NCBI GenBank assembly: GCA_016763075.1
Contig: JAESUM010000063.1
Span: 4,254 to 68,253 of the forward strand
From: Pseudomonadales bacterium
GTDB taxonomy: Bacteria; Pseudomonadota; Gammaproteobacteria; Pseudomonadales; JAHRWD01
Direction of reading: 5' to 3'
Length of the DNA stretch: 64,000 nt
Part shown: piece after piece, positions 12,333-21,566 of the stretch
Numbering within the stretch: position 1 is the first letter of the stretch
Layout: each line of letters begins with the position of its first letter
Made by a program: the position numbers and the translations under genes
The notes under the pieces: generated by a model
Seen by the model: the letters and a program-made list of their open reading frames with translations, nothing else
The model's database searches: none
Told to the model about the DNA's origin: nothing

Positions 12333-12791
12333 CTATGACCGGCCTGTGTGCCCAAATCCGCCGTCGCCGCGCTGGGACACAACGAAATCTGTAACGGTTT
12401 CAAGCTCCATTTGAACCACCGGCGTGATCACCAATTGTGCAACACGGTCGCCATGCTGAATTTTATACGTGGTGTCGCCCCTATTCCAGCACGAGATCAT
12501 CAACGGCCCTTGGTAATCTGAATCGATCAAACCCACCAAATTGCCCAAAACCACTCCGTGTTTATGGCCCAATCCGGAGCGAGGTAAAATCATTGCAGCC
12601 AAACTCGGGTCGTCGATAAAAATTGAGATACCTGTGGGCAATAACTTGGTTTGGCCTGGCTTCAGATCTATTGCTTCATCCAAACACACGCGCAGATCCA
12701 TGCCGGCGGAACCTGGCGTAGCGTAATTAGGCATGGGGAAATCAACACCCACCCGGGCGTCAAGTACTTTTACTTTTAACTTATGGGTCAT
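12333..12791 (-). CDS. dut: dUTP diphosphatase
   Basis: The ORF extends to 12836, but the likely start is the ATG at 12791 ([11 protein letters not shown]), just past the coaBC stop. Motifs are [15 protein letters not shown] and [10 protein letters not shown]. Confidence 0.92.
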   Translation of the reverse strand: MTHKLKVKVLDARVGVDFPMPNYATPGSAGMDLRVCLDEAIDLKPGQTKLLPTGISIFIDDPSLAAMILPRSGLGHKHGVVLGNLVGLIDSDYQGPLMISCWNRGDTTYKIQHGDRVAQLVITPVVQMELETVTDFVVSQRGDGGFGHTGRS

Positions 12792-12792
12792 T

Positions 12793-14001
12793 TTAACCTT
12801 GCTTGGATAATAGGTAGTGCCGTGCGAGCTGTTCAATCAGCTGTCGCGCTAGCTTGGTTTTAGACATTTTTGGCAGCAGGGTTGAGCCGCTACGAGAAAT
12901 CATAGTGACCTCGTTGTCATCGCTATTGAAGCCAATTTGTTTATCGGCAACGTTGTTTGCAATGATCAGGTCGAGGTTTTTTTGTTCGAGTTTTTTATTT
13001 GCGTATTCAATAACGTCGTTGGTTTCTGCCGCGAAACCAACCGTAAAAGGTCGAGCAGAAGCATTCGCCACTTCCGCTATGATATCGGGGTTGCGAACCA
13101 GCTCGATGGTCATCGTCTGATCGCCTTTTTTGATTTTGCGTTCAGCCACCTGCGCCGGCCGATAATCCGCAACCGCTGCTGAGCCAATAAACATATCGCA
13201 ATTTGGCAAGTGCTCGAACACCGCGGCGTGCATGTCTGCGGTGCTAACTACATTGATTCGCTGAACGTGCTCGGGGGTTGGCTGCTGTACTGGGCCGGCA
13301 ATCAACGTCACTTTTGCACCGGCTTCTACAGCCGCTTGGGCCAGTGCAAAACCCATTTTACCGGAGCTTTCATTACTGATATAGCGCACGGGGTCGAGCG
13401 CTTCGCGGGTTGGCCCGGCGGTAATCATAATATGGCAGCCATTGAGCGCGTGGCTTTCAAATAAATTCGCAACCTCAATGACTATTTGATCAACGTCAAG
13501 CATGCGCCCTAAACCCACGTCACCACAGGCCTGTTGGCCTTCGTCGGGGCCAAGAATTTTCACACCTTTTTCGATGATGTTTTCGAGGTTAGATTGGGTA
13601 AATGCATCACGCCACATCGCTTGGTTCATCGATGGTGCCACGACTATTTGAGCATCGGTTGCCAAGCAAAGGGTCGACAATAAATCTTCGCCGCTGCCGC
13701 TACTGAGCCTAGACATAAAACTTGCGGTAGCCGGCGCAATTAATACTAAATCTGCCCATCGAGCCAACTCTATGTGCCCCATGGCCGCTTCTGCGTCTGT
13801 ATCGAGCAAATCAATGTGCACGGGGTTTCCGGATAATGCCTGCAATGTTAGTGGTGTGACGAATTCACAGGCCGATGATGTCATCACAACCCTTACCGAA
13901 GCGCCCGCTTTTTGCAGCCCACGCACCAGTTCTGCGCTTTTATACGCGGCAATTCCACCGGTCACACCGAGGATAATTTGTTTATTGGTCAAGCGATTCA
14001 T
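12793..14001 (-). CDS. coaBC: Bifunctional phosphopantothenoylcysteine decarboxylase / phosphopantothenate-cysteine ligase
   Basis: 402 aa with an N-terminal flavoprotein motif ([12 protein letters not shown]) and a C-terminal CoaB domain ([22 protein letters not shown]). Confidence 0.93.
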   Translation of the reverse strand: MNRLTNKQIILGVTGGIAAYKSAELVRGLQKAGASVRVVMTSSACEFVTPLTLQALSGNPVHIDLLDTDAEAAMGHIELARWADLVLIAPATASFMSRLSSGSGEDLLSTLCLATDAQIVVAPSMNQAMWRDAFTQSNLENIIEKGVKILGPDEGQQACGDVGLGRMLDVDQIVIEVANLFESHALNGCHIMITAGPTREALDPVRYISNESSGKMGFALAQAAVEAGAKVTLIAGPVQQPTPEHVQRINVVSTADMHAAVFEHLPNCDMFIGSAAVADYRPAQVAERKIKKGDQTMTIELVRNPDIIAEVANASARPFTVGFAAETNDVIEYANKKLEQKNLDLIIANNVADKQIGFNSDDNEVTMISRSGSTLLPKMSKTKLARQLIEQLARHYLLSKQG

Positions 14002-14144
14002 AAAACAATGCTCCTAATACACTGACCTATACACGATCCATAATAATGGCCGGACAGCCTCATTCTATTGCGTTTATTCATGGCATTATACAGACAAGCA
14101 TAATAGCGTGAAGAGAAGCATAATGAGCGCAACGGATTCACAAA

Positions 14145-14831
14145 ATGGAGTTTGCGATGACGATCAAAGATTGGCCACAGCAATTGCGGCCACGAGAAAA
14201 GCTGCTTAAAAAAGGCGCACCTTCGCTTTCAGATGCAGAGCTATTGGCTATTTTTCTACGCACGGGTGTTGCGGGTAAATCAGCGGTTGAGCTGGCCACT
14301 GACCTGCTTCAACAGTTTGGCGGATTACGGCCCATTCTTGCGGCCAGCCAGTCGCAGTTTTGCCAAGGTAAGGGGCTTGGGGAAGCCAAATACACCCAAC
14401 TACAGGCTGTACTAGAAATGGCCAACCGTCATCTAAGCGAAACACTCGAGCGCAGCAACCCGCTAGAAAGCCCTGAAACCACTAAACGGTTTTTGCAGTC
14501 TAAAATGCGGCACTATCAAAACGAGGTCTTCGCCTGCTTGTTTCTTGATAGCCAACACCGCGTGATTGTATTTGAAGAGTTGTTCTTTGGCAGCATTGCC
14601 AGCGCTAATGTTCACCCCCGCGAAGTGGTAAAACGCGCCCTTCACCACAATGCAGCGGCGCTGATTTTTTGCCATAACCATCCCTCCGGAATTGCTGAGC
14701 CCAGCGCCTCAGATCAGGCGATCACAACCACCTTAGTTTCAGCGTTGGCGCTGGTCGACGTGCGTGTTTTGGATCATATGATTGTTGGCGATGCTGATAT
14801 TACGTCTATGGCTGAACGTGGGCTTATGTAA
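14145..14831 (+). CDS. radC: RadC-family JAB-domain protein
   Basis: 228 aa; the ATG at 14157 (MTIKDWP) is an alternative start. It has [14 protein letters not shown] and the JAMM motif HNHPSG. Confidence 0.88.
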   Translation: MEFAMTIKDWPQQLRPREKLLKKGAPSLSDAELLAIFLRTGVAGKSAVELATDLLQQFGGLRPILAASQSQFCQGKGLGEAKYTQLQAVLEMANRHLSETLERSNPLESPETTKRFLQSKMRHYQNEVFACLFLDSQHRVIVFEELFFGSIASANVHPREVVKRALHHNAAALIFCHNHPSGIAEPSASDQAITTTLVSALALVDVRVLDHMIVGDADITSMAERGLM

Positions 14832-14885
14832 GCACAATCAAAATGCCCGGCATTTGAAACCACATACCTACCCAAAATCGCAGGC

Positions 14886-14918
14886 AAAAAAAAGAGCCAG
14901 CAAGCCGGCTCTTTTTTA
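14886..14918. terminator. Rho-independent hairpin between convergent radC and the thiolase gene
   Basis: The sequence aaaaaaaagagcc-agcaagcc-ggctctttttt has a GC stem flanked by an A-run and a T-run, so it could act in both directions. Confidence 0.6.
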
Positions 14919-14980
14919 AACTTAGACATGTTCTTTGCACTACATGTTGCCGGCCAAAGCTCCGCAACAAGAACCTGTCG

Positions 14981-16120
14981 TTACGCTTCGTTAGTGAAAA
15001 TAACGGTACCGCTGGCACCAAACATTCCACCAACACCATGACTAACGGAGATTTTCGCGCCTTCAATCTGGGCCGCAGCTGTACCACGCATTTGCCGGAT
15101 ACTCTCTTGCAGCGCATACATACCGTACATTCCGGAGTGCATGTAACTTAGGCCACCGCCGTTGGTATTCATTGGCAGTTTACCGCCGGGAGCAGTATTA
15201 CGCTCACGAATAAACGCCGCTGCTTCACCGGGTTTACAGAAGCCAAGATCTTCCAGGCCGTATAAAGGTAGATGCGCAAAGGCATCATAAATCATCAAAT
15301 GATCCACATCATCATGGCTGATGCCCGCTTCTTCAAAGGCTTTTGCGCCGGAAACCTTGAAGGCTCTGGAGCTGCAGAAATCTTCCATCTGACTGATCAT
15401 CGGTGTTTCAACACTTTCACCCGTACCCAAAACATAAACAGGCTTCTGTGGGAAATCTTTAGCGCGTTCTGCGGAGGTAAGAATGATCGCACCACCACCA
15501 TCAGTCACCAGGCAGCACATCAGTTTAGTGAAGGGCCATGCAATCATTGAGGAGCCAAGCACGTCATCAACGGTCAGTGGATCTTTAAAGGATGACCGCG
15601 GATTCTTCGCAGCCCATTCGCGCTGAATGACCGAAACCATTGCCAAGTCTTCAACGGTTAAGTCGTACTCTTTCAGGTAACGCAACACAGGGATGGTGAA
15701 CATGGAGGGAGGCCCCATTACACCGTAGGGTATCTCAAACTGACCCGCCAGGCTTACGGTATCCATCGGATACGGCGATGAGCCAATACGACTTCGGCCA
15801 CTTTCACCATGGGTAATCAATACGGTTTCGCATAGGCCTTCATTAATCGCTGCTGCTGCGTGGCGCACGTGCATCATAAAAGAACAGCCACCTACCAAGG
15901 TACCGTCCACCCATGTTGGGGTGATACCCAGATAATGGGCGATCGAAGTGGGCCATTCGCCTGCTGTGGCTATGCCATCAATATCGGATGGTTTAAGGCC
16001 CGCATCTTCGAGTGCATTTAATGCTGCATCTGCATGCAACATGATTTGCGACATACCTGGAACTTTGCCCATGTCGGTGGTTTCTGCGGCGCCTACTACT
16101 GCTACTGAATTCTGTTTCAT
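14981..16120 (-). CDS. Thiolase-fold protein (SCP-x / DUF35-associated type acetyl-CoA acyltransferase)
   Basis: 379 aa with overall thiolase-like layout, and a glycine-rich C-terminal region (HGVGGMFGASG). It is immediately preceded by a DUF35 partner gene after a 2-nt gap. Confidence 0.75.
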   Translation of the reverse strand: MKQNSVAVVGAAETTDMGKVPGMSQIMLHADAALNALEDAGLKPSDIDGIATAGEWPTSIAHYLGITPTWVDGTLVGGCSFMMHVRHAAAAINEGLCETVLITHGESGRSRIGSSPYPMDTVSLAGQFEIPYGVMGPPSMFTIPVLRYLKEYDLTVEDLAMVSVIQREWAAKNPRSSFKDPLTVDDVLGSSMIAWPFTKLMCCLVTDGGGAIILTSAERAKDFPQKPVYVLGTGESVETPMISQMEDFCSSRAFKVSGAKAFEEAGISHDDVDHLMIYDAFAHLPLYGLEDLGFCKPGEAAAFIRERNTAPGGKLPMNTNGGGLSYMHSGMYGMYALQESIRQMRGTAAAQIEGAKISVSHGVGGMFGASGTVIFTNEA

Positions 16121-16122
16121 GC

Positions 16123-16533
16123 CTAAGCCCCCGCCGGTTTAAATAATGGCAGAGTGATATCGTCATTCTGCTGTTCGAAAGTGACTTCAAGCTTCATATC
16201 CAAAGGAAGCGCTTCCGGGGTTTGCTCACACTCCACAATGTTCGTCATCATGCGCGGGCCCTCTTCAAGCTCAACCACGGCAATCGCGTAGGGAGTTTCA
16301 GAAATGGGCTGTGGACGTGTATTGATCACGTAGCTAAGCAAAAAACCTTTACCCGATGCTTTGAAGACCGATACTTTTCGGCTTCCACATTTTGGGCAGA
16401 AAGGCCTCGGGGGGAAATAAGCATCGCTGCAATCGTCACAACGCTGTAGTAATAGCTCGCCATCACGCGCGCCGTCCCAGAAATGCTGAGTTTCCGGTGT
16501 TGGAGTTGGCAACATCCGTTTCATCTTCGCCAT
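16123..16533 (-). CDS. DUF35 Zn-ribbon/OB-fold protein (thiolase partner)
   Basis: 136 aa with a rubredoxin-like C4 motif (CDDC...CPKC) followed by an OB-fold-length C-terminus. Confidence 0.8.
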   Translation of the reverse strand: MAKMKRMLPTPTPETQHFWDGARDGELLLQRCDDCSDAYFPPRPFCPKCGSRKVSVFKASGKGFLLSYVINTRPQPISETPYAIAVVELEEGPRMMTNIVECEQTPEALPLDMKLEVTFEQQNDDITLPLFKPAGA

Positions 16534-16830
16534 AGTAAAGCCACCTGTTATTTTAGTTTGGTGTGGAAATGTAGTCGGTGATTATCACATTTAGTTAGCT
16601 ACCTATGCAATTTTGCGTAATAGGAACCCATTACGAAGTCCGCAAAGCAGCGTATTCACGTTGCATCTAATCAGTTAGACTGCATCGCCTTAAATTAGCG
16701 AAGCTGCTCTTGCGGGGCTGATTTTCCGGCGGCAGGATCCAAAAAGCTCTCAAAAAAGGAATTTATTGGCAACTGCTTCTATACTCGATTGAACCCTACG
16801 AATTCAGCGTAACCTACTGATCAATCAATC

Positions 16831-16864
16831 GACCGACCACCGACCACCGACCACCGACCACCGA
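16831..16864. repeat. Heptanucleotide tandem repeat (GACCACC) x4 plus partial units, abutting the nhaD ribosome-binding site
   Basis: The sequence reads gacc|gaccacc|gaccacc|gaccacc|gaccacc|ga. It is preceded by (tcaa)x2, followed by aagagga, and then the TTG start at 16879. Confidence 0.9.
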
Positions 16865-16878
16865 AAGAGGATTTCACC

Positions 16879-18318
16879 TTGAACCTGCTTAGAAACACCT
16901 CCATTGTTCTGGTTGCGCTCCTGACCACGTTATTGCCCATTGGGGCTTTTGCGTCTTCCGGCGGCGACAGCAAAGAGCTACTCGATCTCACCACACACTG
17001 GGTCGGCTTTGCCGCACTAGCGGTATTTATTCTGGCTTATGCGTTGGCCATGGCGGAAGATTATATCCACCTGCGTAAATCGAAACCTGTGATCATCGCG
17101 GCCGGTATTATTTGGGCGCTTATCGGCTATATATATGCAGCGAATGGCTTCACCCATGAAGCCGAATCTGCGGTACGTCATAACCTCCTTGAATACGCAG
17201 AATTGATGCTGTTCTTATTGGTAGCCATGACGTACATCAACGCCATGCAAGAACGCATGGTGTTTGACTCCTTACGCGCTTGGTTGGTTAAGAAAGGCTT
17301 TAGCTTCCGCCAGCTGTTTTGGATTACCGGCATTTTAGCGTTCTTTATCTCCCCCATCGCGGATAACCTCGCCACTGCACTGCTGATGTGCGCGGTGGTG
17401 CTGGCGGTTGGTGGCGACAATATGAAATTTGTCAGCGTGGCTTGTGTCAACATTGTTGTAGCCGCAAACGCCGGTGGCGCATTTAGCCCCTTTGGCGACA
17501 TCACCACGTTGATGGTATGGCAAAAAGGCATGGTTGAATTCACCACCTTCTTTGCTCTGTTTGTACCTTCGGTTGTTAACTTTGTGATTCCTGCCGCCAT
17601 CATGCATTTTGCTATTCCTCAGGAAAACCCTGTTGGCGATGGCGAAGACGTGCCGATGAAAAGAGGTGCGAAACGCATCATTGGGTTGTTTTTACTGACC
17701 ATTTTGACCGCTGTGTCTTTCCATAACTTCCTGCATTTGCCTCCGGTTATCGGCATGTTAACTGGCTTAGGTTACTTGCAGTTCTTTGGCTTCTTTATTC
17801 GTAGAACAGAAACAGCCGCTGCTGCCGCTGCTGCCGCTAATAAGGACGATAATGATAACGACGACGTGGTCACTACGCCCTTCGATATTTTTAACAAAGT
17901 CGCGCAGGCCGAGTGGGATACCCTGCTGTTCTTCTACGGGGTTGTACTTTGTGTAGGTGGACTTGGTTTTATCGGCTACCTGTCCGAAGCGTCAAATATA
18001 ATGTACAACCAATGGGGCGCGACATACGCCAATGTTGCGGTTGGAGTGCTTTCAGCGATCGTTGATAACATTCCGGTAATGTTTGCGGTGCTGTCGATGA
18101 GCCCAGATATGTCGACCGGCCAATGGTTACTGGTAACGCTGACCGCTGGAGTGGGTGGTAGCATGCTCTCGATTGGCTCTGCTGCCGGTGTTGCGCTGAT
18201 GGGCCAAGCTCGCGGCAAGTACACATTTGTAAGCCATTTAAAATGGACGCCAGTCATCGCACTGGGATATGTGGCCAGCATTTATTGCCACATGTGGATT
18301 AACGCCTCTTATTTCTAA
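16879..18318 (+). CDS. nhaD: NhaD-family Na+/H+ antiporter
   Basis: 479 aa, polytopic, with a TTG start preceded by AGAGGA. NhaD-like segments are SPIADNLATALLMC, GGAFSPFGDITTLMVWQ and IVDNIPVMFAVL. Confidence 0.8.
   Translation: MNLLRNTSIVLVALLTTLLPIGAFASSGGDSKELLDLTTHWVGFAALAVFILAYALAMAEDYIHLRKSKPVIIAAGIIWALIGYIYAANGFTHEAESAVRHNLLEYAELMLFLLVAMTYINAMQERMVFDSLRAWLVKKGFSFRQLFWITGILAFFISPIADNLATALLMCAVVLAVGGDNMKFVSVACVNIVVAANAGGAFSPFGDITTLMVWQKGMVEFTTFFALFVPSVVNFVIPAAIMHFAIPQENPVGDGEDVPMKRGAKRIIGLFLLTILTAVSFHNFLHLPPVIGMLTGLGYLQFFGFFIRRTETAAAAAAAANKDDNDNDDVVTTPFDIFNKVAQAEWDTLLFFYGVVLCVGGLGFIGYLSEASNIMYNQWGATYANVAVGVLSAIVDNIPVMFAVLSMSPDMSTGQWLLVTLTAGVGGSMLSIGSAAGVALMGQARGKYTFVSHLKWTPVIALGYVASIYCHMWINASYF
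17815..17838 (+). repeat. In-frame GCC-GCT-GCT trinucleotide-based repeat encoding Ala8 in an NhaD loop
   Basis: The DNA gccgctgctgccgctgctgccgct is followed by Asn/Asp-rich codons, giving the protein TETAAAAAAAANKDDNDNDD. Confidence 0.85.
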
Positions 18319-18355
18319 GGAGGTTTAGCCCAGAGGTTGCGTATTACGTAACCTC

Positions 18356-18402
18356 TGCAGGCACAAAAAAAGGAGGCCTAGCCTCCTTTTTTTGTGCCTG
18401 CA
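18356..18402. terminator. Bidirectional terminator: perfect 22-bp inverted repeat with a 3-nt loop
   Basis: The arms are tgcaggcacaaaaaaaggaggc and gcctcctttttttgtgcctgca, with loop cta. It lies between convergent nhaD and the HD-GYP gene. Confidence 0.8.
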
Positions 18403-18444
18403 ATTTAATGCCTGCGATGAGTCAAAGTGTTATACGAAAAAGTG

Positions 18445-19692
18445 TCATGCGTCAAAATAGTACCCGGCAGTACCCATACTTAAATATTCTTTCACAGCAC
18501 GCGTAATTTCGGTGGGCTTAAGGGTATTTTTAATACTGAGCTCTTCTTCTTTAAGATCCAAAATCAGCGCTTGGTCGCTGGGGACTGCTTCGTCGTAGAT
18601 CATCACTTCTGGCAATAATAACTGGTCGCTTTTTACTGAGCTGACAATACCTAACCGGTTATCACTGAGCGTCACAAAAGTGCCCGGTGGATACACGCCC
18701 AAAATACTGACAAAAATATTCATTATTGTTGCGTCGTATTTCCCTTTATCCTTCGAAAACAGTATCGATACTGCTTCGTGGGGCGTTAGCTCACGGCCAC
18801 CACGCAGGTTGTTGGTCAAGTTATCGTAGGAGTTAACGAGGCTAACAATCTTTGAATACCGGCTCATTTGGTCGCCCATTAAGCCCCTTGGGTAACCACT
18901 GCCATCGATGTTTTCATGGTGCTCTGCCAATACTCTTAATGCTTCATTAGGCAACCTGCCCTGTTTTTGCGCCATCGAGGCACCCAACAATGTATGGCGT
19001 TTGTATATCGCGAATTCTGGGTCAGTAAAACGTGTGGTTTTCTTCGACACTTGGCCAGGTAACTCGGTCACCCCAACATCATGGTAGAGCGAGCCTAAGC
19101 CTAATACATGCATCTCGTTTTCAGAAAAATCCAGCCGACGACCCACCATCATCGACAATACCACTACGTTCATAATGTGGGTGTATCGACCGTCTGATTG
19201 GCCCTGAATATTGATCAGTTGTATCGCTAAATCATCGGCCTGAACCATTGAGCCACAAACATCGTCTATCAATTGTTTGGCTTCTGCAGCGGCTTCTTCA
19301 ACCGGTGCTTGTGCGCTCATCAAACTGGACAAGCATTTTATTGCTTCGGTGAAAGCTTGTTCACAGGCCTTGGCTTTTTTACGACGCTTTTTCTGCTGTT
19401 CAATTTTTTCAATTTTTATTGCGAGCAGTGGGTCTAGCTCAGCTGCTTCCACAGAAGCATTCAGCTCATCACTAGATTGCTCGGGTTCTGGCTTGCTTAA
19501 CTCAAGTGGTTTTGTATCGCTTTTATTTGGATTAAAGCGGATAGAGTCGAGCCCCAAACCTTGAAGGGTTTTGAGTTCAGCCGCATCCTTAATTTTAAAG
19601 GCTTGGCGTAGAAATGGGTGCTTAGCCCAGTGTAAATCGATATAAATATACATACCGATACACAATTGATCTGTAGAGACGTGCTGGTCCAT
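18445..19692 (-). CDS. HD-GYP domain protein (putative c-di-GMP phosphodiesterase) with an N-terminal DUF3391-like region
   Basis: 415 aa with an HD motif (LYHDVGV) and HHENIDGSGYPRGL. Confidence 0.82.
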   Translation of the reverse strand: MDQHVSTDQLCIGMYIYIDLHWAKHPFLRQAFKIKDAAELKTLQGLGLDSIRFNPNKSDTKPLELSKPEPEQSSDELNASVEAAELDPLLAIKIEKIEQQKKRRKKAKACEQAFTEAIKCLSSLMSAQAPVEEAAAEAKQLIDDVCGSMVQADDLAIQLINIQGQSDGRYTHIMNVVVLSMMVGRRLDFSENEMHVLGLGSLYHDVGVTELPGQVSKKTTRFTDPEFAIYKRHTLLGASMAQKQGRLPNEALRVLAEHHENIDGSGYPRGLMGDQMSRYSKIVSLVNSYDNLTNNLRGGRELTPHEAVSILFSKDKGKYDATIMNIFVSILGVYPPGTFVTLSDNRLGIVSSVKSDQLLLPEVMIYDEAVPSDQALILDLKEEELSIKNTLKPTEITRAVKEYLSMGTAGYYFDA

Positions 19693-19959
19693 CTAGTGGT
19701 TTCTATTACCTGTCAATTGAACGGTGCGTTTTTCGCTAGTTTTGGCGCTACTGTTTGCACTACTGAAAGTTCATAAAATACGGGAGCTACGCGGTAAGTA
19801 TAGGAAAATTTCACTCTTTTTTCTTTATTCCCAGAGTAATGCCGAAATGCCAACCTAACCCTTGCAGCAGTTAAATTTGGAAAAAACAGATACGAGCGCC
19901 ATAATCACGGCCCGCTGATACACCACAACCATTCAAAACACAGGTTTAAAACGATCAAC

Positions 19960-20265
19960 ATGCAAAAGACTATATTGGGCTGGGCGCTGTGGCTTATCGG
20001 TATTGGGATGATCTTCGGTTACGACTACTTTTCGCGTATGCAGGATGACTACATTCATACCGGCGCGGTTGCAGACGACATTATGTCGATGCTGCTCATG
20101 GGCCTAGGCTCAGTCATCGCGCTGGTTCTTTACGCGGCAACTGAAAAATACCCGCTTTATATTCGTATCAGTATTGTGTTGGCTCAAATGGCCGCGGGCT
20201 ACTTGGTGCTCGCGGCGACTTCGGTGGGTTACATGTGTGGTGCAGGTATCGGCTGTTTTTGGTAG
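19960..20265 (+). CDS. Small integral membrane protein, unknown function
   Basis: 101 aa with three or four hydrophobic helices. No recognisable motif; the coding call rests on ORF length and hydrophobic periodicity only. Confidence 0.4.
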   Translation: MQKTILGWALWLIGIGMIFGYDYFSRMQDDYIHTGAVADDIMSMLLMGLGSVIALVLYAATEKYPLYIRISIVLAQMAAGYLVLAATSVGYMCGAGIGCFW

Positions 20266-20293
20266 TTCAGCGCTTATTGGCGCCGCCCAATAA

Positions 20294-21184
20294 TCAGCCT
20301 ACTAGCTTCCAGATCGCTACTTCTTTGGCTTCTTCGGTGATTAGCTCGACGCCGGCAAAGCCATCTTCTACCAGCTTATCCAAATGAGCTTTCAACGAAA
20401 ACGCCGCGACTGGATACAAGCGCGGGTCAACGTCGTCGTAGGCTATTGGCACCAGTTGGTCTAAGGCTCCACTACCAAGTTGAGTTAATGCAGCTTTGGC
20501 TTTGTTTTCGCGCTTTAAGCGGTGCTGAATAATGCTATCTGCAACTTTATGCGGATGGCTCAGTAAATCTCCGTGGGCCGGTGCAATTTGCTCTAGCGCG
20601 TAGTCGTGTAACAACTCAAGCGAAGCAAGGTAGGCTTTCATGTTGCCATCAGGCGGCCCAATCACCACGGTTGAGCCCTCCATGATGTGGTCTCCGGTGA
20701 ACAGCAGCTGCTCTTCTTTTAACAAAAAACACAGATGATTCGAGGCATGGCCAGGGGTATGAATGACTTCTAGCGTAAAGTCATCGGCGGTTATGGTGTC
20801 GCCATGCTGCAAGTTGATATCTGGCACAAAGGTTTGGTCTTGCGTGATGATGTCCGGTGCTCGCATGCCGGCCAGCTGGCCACCAATGTTGTTTTTTAAG
20901 GTGGTCGCTAGGGGCGAATGGTCCATGTGCGTGTGGGTTGGCATGATCCAACCCAGCTCAAGGCCGTTATCACTGAGCATTTTCTTAATCGCTGCGTGAT
21001 GCTCCGGATTGTCGGGGCCGGGGTCTATAACCGCTACTTTTTTGCTACCCACAATATAGGTGTTGGTGCCGGGGCCGGTCATGATGCCGGCGTTCGGTGC
21101 AGTTAAACGCCACACTAATGGCGATATTCGGGTAAGTCGCCCCGCTAGCGCTTTGTCTTCGTCTGAAACTGCCATCTGTATCAC
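20294..21184 (-). CDS. MBL-fold metallo-hydrolase (LACTB2-like)
   Basis: 296 aa with the metal motif THTHMDH, GPGTNTYIVG, and a downstream HTPGH. Confidence 0.8.
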   Translation of the reverse strand: MIQMAVSDEDKALAGRLTRISPLVWRLTAPNAGIMTGPGTNTYIVGSKKVAVIDPGPDNPEHHAAIKKMLSDNGLELGWIMPTHTHMDHSPLATTLKNNIGGQLAGMRAPDIITQDQTFVPDINLQHGDTITADDFTLEVIHTPGHASNHLCFLLKEEQLLFTGDHIMEGSTVVIGPPDGNMKAYLASLELLHDYALEQIAPAHGDLLSHPHKVADSIIQHRLKRENKAKAALTQLGSGALDQLVPIAYDDVDPRLYPVAAFSLKAHLDKLVEDGFAGVELITEEAKEVAIWKLVG

Positions 21185-21441
21185 CTAATTTATGAATATC
21201 TGTTTTTACCTAACCGTTTATACCCAACCGTAGTTATCGGCGGCTACTCCACATTCTTGCCAAGTAGATCTCGAATAGTGAAACAAAACCCAGGTTACTT
21301 CAAGCGTGCCGACCCAGCCAAGCTCAAGTCATCTATAGTTTGCCGCTTTAATAGCCAGATTTGCAAAGCACCACCATGAACATTTCCACCCAAATTAATT
21401 CGGATACGGTTGCTAAAACGAAACACCGCTCTATAATGCAA

Positions 21442-21457
21442 ACTGAACGTTCGGTCA
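21442..21457. promoter_or_regulatory. Candidate TetR operator (imperfect palindrome around AACGTT) just downstream of a TATAAT hexamer
   Basis: ctgaacgttcggtcag has 12 of 16 positions self-complementary. TATAAT lies at 21431-21436. A second perfect 9-bp inverted repeat, gtattttaa-N12-ttaaaatac, lies at 21461-21490. Confidence 0.35.
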
Positions 21458-21566
21458 GCCGGTATTTTAAGCAGCTCTGCCTTTAAAATACGTCACGTAC
21501 ATTGGCTGACCAAGGTATTTTTTTCGTACATTATTTGAATTTTTAACCACGTCTATTTATTTAGGC

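Noticed and set aside
14824-15117. 97-aa ORF overlapping the thiolase 3' end and the radC terminator.
   Set aside because: It runs through a terminator hairpin, overlaps the thiolase CDS out of frame, and gives a basic low-complexity product.
11452-16864. Whether the short tandem repeats at 11452-11487 and 16831-16864 could be CRISPR-like.
   Set aside because: The units are 7-9 bp and directly abutting, with no spacers and no cas genes. They are simple microsatellites.
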